The notes under the pieces are model-generated. The model was not told the DNA's origin and did no database searches. It saw only the letters and a program-made list of their open reading frames with translations. From the IMG/VR virus record IMGVR_UViG_3300043411_001204: a DNA stretch of 64,000 bases; one strand, written 5' to 3'. The translations under genes and the position numbers were made by a program. The DNA comes from an uncultured virus (IMG/VR IMGVR_UViG_3300043411_001204). Taxonomy: Duplodnaviria > Heunggongvirae > Uroviricota > Caudoviricetes. Positions 35,978 to 44,720 of the stretch are shown here, piece by piece (position 1 is the first letter of the stretch; every line of letters starts with the position of its first letter).

Positions 35978-36814
35978 ATGCTGCGAAGCGGAAAAACATC
36001 AGGTTTCCCATACTCTCTGTCGAGATGGACCGACATTCCGAGTGGGAAGTGGGCCTGGTTCCTAGCAAACCTAGCCAGAGGTTACATGCTAGCCTTTGAC
36101 CCAACGTCCGGGATCCCAGCTCGTTGGTCGCTACGACCAGAAGACACCCTTGGGCTTTTGTTCTGGACCAAGGACCCGAGCAATCTCATTCTGGATGCCA
36201 AGCTACTCCAATCTTACAAGGTCAAGGTTCACATGACTCTGACGGGCTGGGAAGAGGTCGAGAAGGGGGCTCCAAGCCTTCTTGAGGGTGTTGCCCTCCT
36301 TGCCCAAGCCGTCGAGACCTTCGGCCCAGAGAATGTAACCTGGAGGTTCTCTCCGGTACCCCTGGTATCGGATGTAGTTGCTAGGTTCCAACGCATCCTT
36401 GACACCGCAGCTAAGGTAGGGCTAAGACAAGTCTACGTGTCTTTCCTTCAGGCGAATGACTTGGTACCCGAAACTCGAAGCAAACAGGAGCGCCTTGAGT
36501 TGCTGATTCAACTAGCTGACCTGGCTCAAACTAGAGGGGTGAAGGTCCTTCTGTGCAATGAGGACAATCTTCTCTTGCAAACTCAGGAGACTTACAGTAG
36601 CCTGGCTTCCGGAGTGTGTGTCCCTCCGGCTGAGTTCGAGCTTACCGGATCTCAACCACTTCCTTCCGAGGGTTGTGGTTGTGTTTTGACGGTAGACCCG
36701 TTTACAGTCAATGAGTCCTGCAACCTAGGTTGTGCCTACTGTTACGCCGCAGACAAGTCTCTGACCCCAAAAAAACGTAACACGACAAAGAAGAGTTTAC
36801 AGGTGCTACAGTGA
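35978..36814 (+). CDS. DUF1848-family (radical-SAM/SPL-like) protein
   Basis: SRWTDIP, FWTKDP, WRFSP, CGC, CNLGCAYCYA. Confidence 0.8.
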   Translation: MLRSGKTSGFPYSLSRWTDIPSGKWAWFLANLARGYMLAFDPTSGIPARWSLRPEDTLGLLFWTKDPSNLILDAKLLQSYKVKVHMTLTGWEEVEKGAPSLLEGVALLAQAVETFGPENVTWRFSPVPLVSDVVARFQRILDTAAKVGLRQVYVSFLQANDLVPETRSKQERLELLIQLADLAQTRGVKVLLCNEDNLLLQTQETYSSLASGVCVPPAEFELTGSQPLPSEGCGCVLTVDPFTVNESCNLGCAYCYAADKSLTPKKRNTTKKSLQVLQ

Positions 36815-37095
36815 TTACCCCCTTTATCACTCCAGAAGACCTTGGGATCAAACTCGACGAGGATTCTGAGGATGTGAGTGACCTAGACTTTGAGCAGGCG
36901 GTATTCACTGAATCCATTGAGGAGTTCTCCAAGCTCCTATCTTTGCTCATCGAGCAAAGCAATGAGGATCCTTTCATTGTAGAGCGCTACTTCCCAAAGT
37001 ACGCGCTAAGACGCAAATGCGGTGTACTTCTTTGTCGGGTGGCCGTTGGCTCCCGCACTCAACTATTTCGGATTGACTGGCTGCAAAACACCTAA
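36811..37095 (+). CDS. Hypothetical acidic protein
   Basis: Coupled ORF. Confidence 0.55.
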   Translation: MITPFITPEDLGIKLDEDSEDVSDLDFEQAVFTESIEEFSKLLSLLIEQSNEDPFIVERYFPKYALRRKCGVLLCRVAVGSRTQLFRIDWLQNT

Positions 37096-37108
37096 GGGGA
37101 AAATACGA

Positions 37109-37465
37109 ATGCGAAACCTTCTTTTCACTCTCACCGTACTACTGATGACCACCCTTACAGTTGGGGCTGGAGCCGACCCAAGAGGAGGTCGAAAGACCTT
37201 CAGTGACACTATTGGTCGGGGTATGCAACAAACGTATGATCTAGTCCTAAACGGGGATGAGACTACCATTGTCGAGATCAATGGTAATGGTCGTAGTGAC
37301 CTGGATTGCTTCATTTTTGATGAGAACGACAACCTAGTCGTTAAAGACGATGACTCGTCCGACCAGTGCCGACTTGCCGTAACTCCCCGCTGGACTGGGC
37401 ACTTCACCTTGATTATCAAGAATGTAGGTACTACCCATAGCACTTACAGAGGAGTTGCCTACTAA
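37109..37465 (+). CDS. Secreted PPC-like beta-sandwich protein
   Basis: Signal peptide MRNLLFTLTVLLMTTLTVGA; GNGRSDLDCFIFDENDNLV..D. Confidence 0.65.
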   Translation: MRNLLFTLTVLLMTTLTVGAGADPRGGRKTFSDTIGRGMQQTYDLVLNGDETTIVEINGNGRSDLDCFIFDENDNLVVKDDDSSDQCRLAVTPRWTGHFTLIIKNVGTTHSTYRGVAY

Positions 37466-37800
37466 TGAGTAATCCAAACGATTGTGATCCTTGCCAGACA
37501 GGTGAGGGGCCTCCACCCACGCTATGCGATGGGAACACCACGAATAACTGCTGGGTAGAAAATGGGATCTGCCTACTCGACTCTATGAGCAAAGAGCAGA
37601 TTGTCTACACAATCGAGCACAACCCTTTGGCAAGAACCGACCTTGTCAAGGTGACGACATGTGAGGACATTCTAGAGTTACTTAAGGACATCCCCATTCT
37701 CCCAGCCGTCCAAGAAGACGACGCACAGCAGAAAGCGTTCAACAGCGCTGATTGTCTTCCCTTCTACACGATTTTTCGTGGGAACTTTAACGACAGATGA
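37465..37800 (+). CDS. Hypothetical Cys-rich protein
   Basis: CDPC, LCDG, NCW. Confidence 0.55.
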   Translation: MSNPNDCDPCQTGEGPPPTLCDGNTTNNCWVENGICLLDSMSKEQIVYTIEHNPLARTDLVKVTTCEDILELLKDIPILPAVQEDDAQQKAFNSADCLPFYTIFRGNFNDR

Positions 37801-38174
37801 GCAGCGCTAGAAATCAGCGGAGGTTGATCGGGAAGGGGCTCAACGCCAACCCCTCAAAGGGAAACCCTCTGGGTGGGCTAGTGGCTCTAAAGACTCAACT
37901 AGAGCATCTTCTATCCAATGTGACGCCCTCCTCTGCACAGGCTGCGCAGATTGAGGACTCCATCAAGCTCATCTCTACTTTTGCGGAAGACCTTGCGTCC
38001 CTCAAGAAGGAGCACGTCAAGCAGCGAGCTGTAACCTTGGGGTTGTTCTCCAAGTTGAGTTCTCTGTCGTTGGAAGATAGCTTGAAGCTGGAGACTGAGT
38101 TAAGGAGTGATTACGATCATAGTCACTCAGAAGCGGCCTTCCAGGAACTATTGCTACAAGAGGATCATGAATGA
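37797..38174 (+). CDS. Hypothetical protein
   Basis: Coupled ORF. Confidence 0.55.
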   Translation: MSSARNQRRLIGKGLNANPSKGNPLGGLVALKTQLEHLLSNVTPSSAQAAQIEDSIKLISTFAEDLASLKKEHVKQRAVTLGLFSKLSSLSLEDSLKLETELRSDYDHSHSEAAFQELLLQEDHE

Positions 38175-38721
38175 CAACTCGAATAGACCTCCAAACTCAG
38201 AAACGATTGGGACCACAGGGCCCTCAAGATTGGTCCCAGTTGATGTCCACCGTGATTCAACGGGCTCAGGCCCTACAGGATCCGAGACTACAAGGGCTTC
38301 AGGAGGCAATGACCCTTGGGAAGGCCGAGCAAGCCCTTCGCCGAATGGGAATTCTAACCGAGGTAGACCTACTTCGGGAATTCCCGGACAACGACCTGTA
38401 GACCCCGCTCAGACGTTGTTGCAAGCATTTGAGCATGGCGACCCTGAGGTGGTGTATCAAGCTGCCTTGGATCTGAAAGTTGCCTACAAAGAAGCGATGC
38501 TGGAGGGGGCTAAGCTAAGGTTCAAGTTGAACTTCGGGACCCCGTTTTGCGAAGAGTGCGACGGGTTACGCGCAGGTCCTGGGGTAATTGCCACCTGCTT
38601 TCAAATTAAACGTTGTGATTACACGAGTTTGAAGGACGGGAATCAGGATCCCGACCAGGTTCGGCTAATTACCAGCTTGGTAACCAACTTACAGAAGTAT
38701 GAAGGAAAACATGACAAGTAA
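38167..38721 (+). CDS. Hypothetical protein with C-terminal Cys motif; start uncertain
   Basis: FCEECDG...TCFQIKRC. Confidence 0.5.
   Translation: MNDNSNRPPNSETIGTTGPSRLVPVDVHRDSTGSGPTGSETTRASGGNDPWEGRASPSPNGNSNRGRPTSGIPGQRPVDPAQTLLQAFEHGDPEVVYQAALDLKVAYKEAMLEGAKLRFKLNFGTPFCEECDGLRAGPGVIATCFQIKRCDYTSLKDGNQDPDQVRLITSLVTNLQKYEGKHDK
38171..38401 (+). CDS. Hypothetical helical protein overlapping the next ORF
   Basis: ATGA coupling with upstream stop; protein-like composition. Confidence 0.55.
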   Translation: MTTRIDLQTQKRLGPQGPQDWSQLMSTVIQRAQALQDPRLQGLQEAMTLGKAEQALRRMGILTEVDLLREFPDNDL

Positions 38722-39640
38722 AGACGAGCTATCCAAGCTATCAAAGCAGGACCTGATTGACTTCACCTTTGAGGTTATGGCCAAGGTCAGTCAAGTGGCT
38801 GACCTGCTTTGTACCCTCCCCACCCCAACCCATAAGGCCACGGAATCCGAGGTTCCTAAGGTTGAGACTCCTAAAGTCGAGGCTCCACCTAAGGTCGAGG
38901 CTCCTGTCAAAGTAAAAGCAGAGCTAGGTAAGCTAGCTCTAAGTGCAGCCCCTACTGACATCCTGGATAGCTTGCAAGTCATTATGGCTCACACCACAGC
39001 GGAGGCTAGCCTGAATCCGGTGGAGTGCCATGCGGCACTAGTAGACTACAAGTGGCTGCCTGATTGCGGAGAGCCACTGGCTCATATTCGCTACACGTTG
39101 GCAGCACATCCAGAATTGTTTACCCGACTCCCAGGGTCAAGGGCCGAGTACTACCTGGCCAACAAGGGTGAGCTAAAGGCGGTCAAAGCAGCTCTCCTAG
39201 CCAAGGATGAGGCTACGAAAAAGAAGGGGGCTAAGAAGAAGAAAGCTAGTGCTCCACTGGTAGCTCAAACCCCGGTAACTAAGCTAGCTCCCCAGATAAC
39301 CCCTACCCTGCCTAAGCTAACCCCTACCCTGCCTAAGCTAATGAAAGGGCTAGCTTCGGAGGTAACTGAAGCTGCTTCTCAGGTAAGAGGGCTAGCTTCG
39401 GAGGTAACTGAAGCTGCTTCTCAGGTAAGAGGGGCAACTCCCCAGATGACTGGGCTAGCTTCTCAGATGACTTCACCCCTGCCGAAGCCACTGGTAGCTG
39501 CTCCACCCGTTCAAGATGATGACGACCCCATGGCTGCGCTGAGTGGCTTGCTGGATGAGGTGCCTGAGGGGCTTAAGATTGCATCCGAGATCGTGGCGAC
39601 AACTACAGGAATACAGTCAACGAACAAGTTTCAGCTCTAG
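38711..39640 (+). CDS. Hypothetical protein with 7-aa repeat tract
   Basis: GAAGGA SD; repeats GLASEVT/EAASQVR/TPTLPKL. Confidence 0.65.
   Translation: MTSKDELSKLSKQDLIDFTFEVMAKVSQVADLLCTLPTPTHKATESEVPKVETPKVEAPPKVEAPVKVKAELGKLALSAAPTDILDSLQVIMAHTTAEASLNPVECHAALVDYKWLPDCGEPLAHIRYTLAAHPELFTRLPGSRAEYYLANKGELKAVKAALLAKDEATKKKGAKKKKASAPLVAQTPVTKLAPQITPTLPKLTPTLPKLMKGLASEVTEAASQVRGLASEVTEAASQVRGATPQMTGLASQMTSPLPKPLVAAPPVQDDDDPMAALSGLLDEVPEGLKIASEIVATTTGIQSTNKFQL
39297..39429 (+). repeat. Coding tandem repeats: 2x21 nt then 2x42 nt
   Basis: TAACCCCTACCCTGCCTAAGC at 39297 and 39318; 42-mer at 39346 and 39388. Confidence 0.95.
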
Positions 39641-39661
39641 TCGCAAGGGGCCACAGCACGA

Positions 39662-39696
39662 AAAGGGGACAAGGGTTGCAGCACCCTGTCCCCTTT
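39662..39696 (+). terminator. Intrinsic terminator-like hairpin
   Basis: AAAGGGGACA.GGGT...ACCCTGTCCCCTTT after the stop. Confidence 0.55.
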
Positions 39697-39711
39697 GGTG
39701 TATACATAGGC

Positions 39712-40071
39712 ATGAGTATGGTCAACTTAGGTCTTTACAATCAGGTACTTAGGCTACTAGAAGCTGAAATGAGACAGTTTGTGTACCGGGTAAAGCTAAA
39801 CGATGCCCCAGATATATGGGGTCCCATGCTTATCGTAGGGCAGTCCTTTGTGGACCAGGCCAGACAAGATTGGGTTGAGAACGCCCTCCCAAGCCTTAAG
39901 CTCAGCGACCTTCACAAGGTTCTCCCTCTAGCTATACAGAGAGCACGAAAGTCCACGACAGACCTTCTACAGGACCAGGTACCCGAGGTAAAGTCCCTTG
40001 TAGCAAACTTGGATTGCCCAATTGAGTACTTGGTATCGGTAACTATCTCTGACGGTGGGGCCTTAGGATGA
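39712..40071 (+). CDS. Hypothetical protein
   Basis: ATG 9 nt after GGTGTA. Confidence 0.6.
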   Translation: MSMVNLGLYNQVLRLLEAEMRQFVYRVKLNDAPDIWGPMLIVGQSFVDQARQDWVENALPSLKLSDLHKVLPLAIQRARKSTTDLLQDQVPEVKSLVANLDCPIEYLVSVTISDGGALG

Positions 40072-40553
40072 GAGTTGGAGACCTCTACCGAATAGACAAT
40101 CAGTTGTGGTTGATCGCAAGCTACAACCCGAACGTTAGGACCGGTCAGGCGGTAAGTCCAACTCACGAGAGAATGACAATTCTGGACGAACCTGATTTGA
40201 AGCCTTTCGCGCACCCGCTATCGGAGTGGTATGTGCTTTTGGGTTCGGTACAGAAGAAGGCGGGCCCATACACTCAGGTTCAGATTCCAGCGAGTAACGT
40301 GACTCTAAAGCCTCACGAGCAATGGGTTCAAGTCATTCCAGACTTAGATGGGGGTAGTATCCTTGTTAACCCTAAGGTTACCCTACCCTATGGTACAGTA
40401 CTTTTAGCTCAACGTGATAATGGGACTGGAGCTAGATTCACGGTACCTCTTAAGTGTCGCACCTTACCTCAGACGCAAGCTGAGACTCAGAGAGGGATTC
40501 CCAAGATTGTGACCAAGAGCAGGTTTGATCGTTTCCGAGACGGTGAGGAATAA
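40068..40553 (+). CDS. Hypothetical protein with C-terminal SRFDR tag
   Basis: Coupled ORF ending KSRFDRFRDGEE. Confidence 0.6.
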   Translation: MRVGDLYRIDNQLWLIASYNPNVRTGQAVSPTHERMTILDEPDLKPFAHPLSEWYVLLGSVQKKAGPYTQVQIPASNVTLKPHEQWVQVIPDLDGGSILVNPKVTLPYGTVLLAQRDNGTGARFTVPLKCRTLPQTQAETQRGIPKIVTKSRFDRFRDGEE

Positions 40554-41183
40554 ATGAAGCGGCACCTCCCTATCCTTGTGAGTAGGTCTGTAGGGGCGAC
40601 TCAAAACGTACGCCTTGACCTTGCCTCGAAGTTTGAGATGCAGACCAGGCAAAAAATGACAGAGAGCGGGTCACGAGTGACCTGCACGGTAGGTTGCTCT
40701 AGCTGCTGTCACCATCCGATTCAGATCTCTATTTTCGAGGGGATTCTCATCTATCGCTGGCTAGTTCAAAACCACAAGTGGACAACTAGACTGAAAGAGA
40801 AGCTCAAGAAGGTATCGGATCAACAGTATGGTACAAGCTTCGAGGTGTGGCTACTCTCCAACATCCCATGCCCTCTCCTAGAGGACAACAAGTGCTCTGT
40901 ATACAAGGCCAGACCGCTAGTCTGTAGAGCCTACTTTGCTACGAGTGACCCCTACTACTGCCACCCTCATCGACTTGGAGTCATGACCCAAATCGTATCG
41001 AGGGAGGAAGTGGTAGATGCCTTTAACGCTCAACAGGAGACTGAACTCCGTCAACACAAGCTGCAATTCATGACTATGCCTATTGGGGCTGCTGTTTTGC
41101 TTGGGGCTCAAGTGTGCGAAGAAGGTCTTGAGCTAGCTAATCTAGATCGGCTAATCTACCAAGAGTACGTAGAGAAAGGCTAG
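40554..41183 (+). CDS. YkgJ-family CxxxCxxCC cysteine-cluster protein
   Basis: CTVGCSSCC, CPLL...CSVYKARPLVCR. Confidence 0.85.
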   Translation: MKRHLPILVSRSVGATQNVRLDLASKFEMQTRQKMTESGSRVTCTVGCSSCCHHPIQISIFEGILIYRWLVQNHKWTTRLKEKLKKVSDQQYGTSFEVWLLSNIPCPLLEDNKCSVYKARPLVCRAYFATSDPYYCHPHRLGVMTQIVSREEVVDAFNAQQETELRQHKLQFMTMPIGAAVLLGAQVCEEGLELANLDRLIYQEYVEKG

Positions 41184-41188
41184 CTGCT

Positions 41189-41488
41189 GTGAAAGTTACA
41201 TGCGCCATATGCGCTCGACGTAGAGATGAGAGTTCCTGTAAGGCCATCCCTACTACGAAGGCAGACCGAGCCCAGTTGCTAAAAATGGGGGAGAAGACCC
41301 CTCAAGTGGTGTACCACTACTGTCGACCGTGTCTGCGCATACTAGAGAACCCAGCCACTGCACTCGACCTACTTCGTGGTATGATGCGCATTTACGCTCA
41401 AGCTGCGGGGGCGTCAAACCCAGACCAGATTGCTAGTAAGTACAAGAGTCAACTAGCTGCGAAGATTCCAAGGCATAAGCCTTCATAG
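41189..41488 (+). CDS. Small zinc-finger protein
   Basis: CAIC...CRPC. Confidence 0.6.
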   Translation: MKVTCAICARRRDESSCKAIPTTKADRAQLLKMGEKTPQVVYHYCRPCLRILENPATALDLLRGMMRIYAQAAGASNPDQIASKYKSQLAAKIPRHKPS

Positions 41489-41500
41489 TAGAGGAACCCA

Positions 41501-41986
41501 ATGAGTCAAGATGTCGGACGTATGATGGCTGAGGCGCTCAAGTCTCAAATGCCAAGCCTAAAAACTCAAGCTCAATTCACAGCATTTATGGTGACCTTCG
41601 ACGCGTTTCGAGGGCTCATGGATGCAACCTTTTCTCTTGACCCCGCTCGTGTCGTAGAGTGCCGGGACGTGTTTGAGAAAGCACTTAAGGCGTCGAAAGA
41701 CGTTACGGAGCTTGGGCTCAAGTTCGAGGAGGTACCGCCTGAGAATCGGGGTGTAGCTTCGGATGCCTTCACTCAGCCTCCAAAGGAGTACCAAGAGTAC
41801 GACATCCAAAAGCAACTCATCCTAGAGTTGGAGAAGATTGAGACCTTAGCCGAGCTGTCTAAGTGGTACCTAGCGACGACCACGTTGAGGAGTCGTGTTG
41901 TCTCTCAGGTACTTAGAAATGTGCTGATCGACATGATCCGAGATAAGAGGCTTCTTTTTGAGGCCGCTGAAAAGGTGGACTCTTGA
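41501..41986 (+). CDS. Hypothetical protein
   Basis: GAGG SD, 161 aa. Confidence 0.65.
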   Translation: MSQDVGRMMAEALKSQMPSLKTQAQFTAFMVTFDAFRGLMDATFSLDPARVVECRDVFEKALKASKDVTELGLKFEEVPPENRGVASDAFTQPPKEYQEYDIQKQLILELEKIETLAELSKWYLATTTLRSRVVSQVLRNVLIDMIRDKRLLFEAAEKVDS

Positions 41987-42996
41987 TTACGACGGATCGG
42001 CTAAGGGCCGTACATACGATTGTCACGCATGCTAATTGCCCAGATGGTATAGCCTCGGCAATCCTACTCCATGACGTACTACCTGAGGCGAAGATAGTAT
42101 TCGTACAGCACCAAACACTGGAGCACAAGAGTCTACCCGTATCTGAAGGGGTGCTGTTTGTCGACTTTGCTCCCCATGAGACCCAAGCTCAGCAGTTCGT
42201 AGAAGCTGGAGCTATGATTCTTGACCACCACAAGACCGCAAGGGCTATCGTAGAGGCCTTTGGGGATAACGGTAGGTTTGGGGATGAGGTACAGGACCCT
42301 GGGGTGTGTGGGGCCGTCCTGGCTTTCAACCATGTTTGGGCGCCACTAAAGAGTCCTAGCTACCTAATTCCTAAGCCCCCACTAAAGGAATACCAGATAG
42401 CTAAGGACTTCGCAACGCTCGCTGGGGTTCGAGATACCTGGCAAAAGGACAGTCCAGATTGGCACAGAGCCTGCGTTCAAGCTGAGATGTTAAGGTTCTT
42501 CCCCATTGAGACCTTACTGGCGGATACCTGCCCATTCCTAAACTCCAACCAGAGTCGATGGCTACCTCGTATGGAGATAGGGGAGCTACTGATCGCAAAG
42601 CATACGAAGTCAACCCAAAAGGCAGTGGCTAAGTCCTTCAAGTTTAAGAGCTTAGCTGGGACTCGGGTTGTAATGCTCAGTAACGTAGGTGCGGTAAACG
42701 ATGCCGCAGAGCTACTACGAGAAGAGGCTGATCTTGTAGTTGCCTTTGGTTACGAGGTAGAGGACAACATGCCCAAGATCTACTTCTCCACCAGGACAGG
42801 AAGGTCGTTCGATTGTGGCACCTTCTGTAAGGACCATGGAGGCGGAGGACACACCAAAGCTGCTGGCTTTAACATGCCTCTTCCTGCCCTAAATCCTTAC
42901 ACAGCTTTTCGCCAAGTACTGGATAATTGGGAGATGAATCACGCATCGCCTCAGTTACCTCTTCTGCCTACTCCACCCTATATGAAACCAATGTGA
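41983..42996 (+). CDS. DHH-family phosphoesterase
   Basis: HANCPDG, VDF, LDHH, GGGGHTKAAGF. Confidence 0.88.
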   Translation: MITTDRLRAVHTIVTHANCPDGIASAILLHDVLPEAKIVFVQHQTLEHKSLPVSEGVLFVDFAPHETQAQQFVEAGAMILDHHKTARAIVEAFGDNGRFGDEVQDPGVCGAVLAFNHVWAPLKSPSYLIPKPPLKEYQIAKDFATLAGVRDTWQKDSPDWHRACVQAEMLRFFPIETLLADTCPFLNSNQSRWLPRMEIGELLIAKHTKSTQKAVAKSFKFKSLAGTRVVMLSNVGAVNDAAELLREEADLVVAFGYEVEDNMPKIYFSTRTGRSFDCGTFCKDHGGGGHTKAAGFNMPLPALNPYTAFRQVLDNWEMNHASPQLPLLPTPPYMKPM

Positions 42997-43004
42997 AAAC
43001 CCAA

Positions 43005-43205
43005 ATGAATGAAGAAGACTTCGAGGATGTGGTTAAGCTCGCATTGACTGGTTACGCCAAGGAGAACGATCTGCCTTTGCTCGTGGAGACCGTTCAAGAG
43101 AAGGGGTTCAACGAGGGAGCTGGACTGGTTGTCCGCCTAGGTGGGAACGAGTTCTGTCTGGCGATTCGACAAACGCTATTTGAGGATGCCGAGGTTGGAC
43201 AGTGA
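43005..43205 (+). CDS. Hypothetical protein
   Basis: MNEEDFE...GLVVRLGGNEF. Confidence 0.55.
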   Translation: MNEEDFEDVVKLALTGYAKENDLPLLVETVQEKGFNEGAGLVVRLGGNEFCLAIRQTLFEDAEVGQ

Positions 43206-44074
43206 GTGAGCTGGACCTAAGTGTAGCCAAGCCCTTCGTGAAATGGGCTGGGGGTAAGAGACAGCTTGTCTCAAAGATTTTGACCAAGATCTCTAGTCCA
43301 ATCAACACCTACTATGAGCCTTTTGTCGGAGGTGGGGCCCTGTTTTTTGCTCTTGCAAACAGGAAGTTGTTCACGGATGCCGTGCTGAATGACGTAAACG
43401 AAGAGCTGATTCTGACTTACAGCGTTATTCGAGAGCCTACCCAACTTCCGACACTGATTGAGCTGCTAGTAACCTACCCAAACACCAAGGAATTCTTCCT
43501 TGAGATCAGAGCTAAGCAGCCAAGTAAGGAGCTACTTAGCGACCCAGACCTGTACTACTCTCAGGAGGGGGTTGAGATTGCGGCTCGGTTCATCTACTTG
43601 AATAAGACCGGGTTCAACGGCCTTTACCGCGTAAACAAGAGTGGCGGATTCAACGTCCCCTTTGGGAAGGCTGCAAACCCTACCATCTGTGATGCTCTCA
43701 ATCTACGAGCCGTTTCGAAGGTCCTTGCGAAAGAGAGGATAAGGTGCGTGGACTTTGATCTCGCAACCGCAGAAGCCCAAGCAGGAGACCTGGTTTACTT
43801 CGACCCCCCGTACATCCCAAGGACGGAGACCTCTAACTTTACAGCGTATACCGCTGAGGGGTTTGGCCTCTCCGAGCACAGACGACTAGCTGCAACGTTC
43901 AGTCGATTGGCGAGGGAAGGAGTCAGAGTACTCCTCTCGAACTCCGATATGCCCGTAATTCGAGAGTTGTACTCTGACTTTCAAGTGGATACCGTAGAGG
44001 CAAAGCGCTCCATCAACAGTGACGGAACTAAACGTGGGCTAGTTACTGAACTTCTGGTGAGTGTAAATCTCTAA
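43202..44074 (+). CDS. dam: DNA adenine methyltransferase, Dam/D12 class
   Basis: KWAGGK, EPFVGGGA, NGLYRVN..GGFNVPFG, DPPY. Confidence 0.93.
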   Translation: MSELDLSVAKPFVKWAGGKRQLVSKILTKISSPINTYYEPFVGGGALFFALANRKLFTDAVLNDVNEELILTYSVIREPTQLPTLIELLVTYPNTKEFFLEIRAKQPSKELLSDPDLYYSQEGVEIAARFIYLNKTGFNGLYRVNKSGGFNVPFGKAANPTICDALNLRAVSKVLAKERIRCVDFDLATAEAQAGDLVYFDPPYIPRTETSNFTAYTAEGFGLSEHRRLAATFSRLAREGVRVLLSNSDMPVIRELYSDFQVDTVEAKRSINSDGTKRGLVTELLVSVNL

Positions 44075-44122
44075 GGTCAGTGGGGTGGGTACGGTAATCT
44101 ACTTATCATACCCACCCTATAG

Positions 44123-44488
44123 ATGCCAGATGACAAGAGATGGGAACGTCGACAGAGGGTAACGAAAGCTAGGAAGGCCCTTAGGGACCAGATTATAGCT
44201 TACAAGGGTGGGAAGTGTGAGATTTGCGCCTACGACAAATGCCCGTCTGCGTTTGACTTGCACCACCTGAACCCAGACGAGAAGGAGTTCAACATTTCCT
44301 CTCGGATGACCTCCTTTGAGGCTATCCGAGCTGAGTTGGATAAGTGTGTGCTGCTTTGTTGTCGATGCCACCGTGAGGTGCATGACGGGGGCTGGCATAA
44401 TCATTTCCTGGTACTTGAGGACTCGGACTCCATTTGGGATGACCCCTACTCTTCTGACTTAGACGGTCAAGGAGAGATGCATGACTAA
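44123..44488 (+). CDS. HNH endonuclease
   Basis: GGKCEIC...FDLHHLNP...KCVLLCCRCHREVH. Confidence 0.88.
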   Translation: MPDDKRWERRQRVTKARKALRDQIIAYKGGKCEICAYDKCPSAFDLHHLNPDEKEFNISSRMTSFEAIRAELDKCVLLCCRCHREVHDGGWHNHFLVLEDSDSIWDDPYSSDLDGQGEMHD

Positions 44489-44720
44489 CGATGGAACCTT
44501 ACTATTTTGTCGTAAGTGTGCGACCTGGAAAGTCAGGGATGGTTTTTACACGAGGAAGGGGGGCAAGCACAGAACACCGTGTAGATCGTGTTTTGGCTCT
44601 AATGCAGAGTGGATAGAGCCAAAAGCAGTCAAAAGAGACCGTACTATTGAGGAAGTAGCTGAAAAGGCTCTTTTGTGCAGCAGTCGCGGAGAGTTTTTTA
44701 AGCGTTTCCGAAGTGAGTGA
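44481..44720 (+). CDS. Zinc-finger fragment, probably the detached N-terminus of the following endonuclease
   Basis: CRKC...CRSC plus one truncated copy of the helical repeat found in the next ORF. Confidence 0.5.
   Translation: MTNDGTLLFCRKCATWKVRDGFYTRKGGKHRTPCRSCFGSNAEWIEPKAVKRDRTIEEVAEKALLCSSRGEFFKRFRSE

Noticed and set aside
39297..39429. CRISPR or intergenic repeat
   Set aside because: Head-to-tail in-frame coding repeats with no spacers
43202..44488. Dam plus HNH as a restriction-modification pair
   Set aside because: The short HNH resembles free-standing phage HNHs with its own hairpin control; orphan Dam is common in phages
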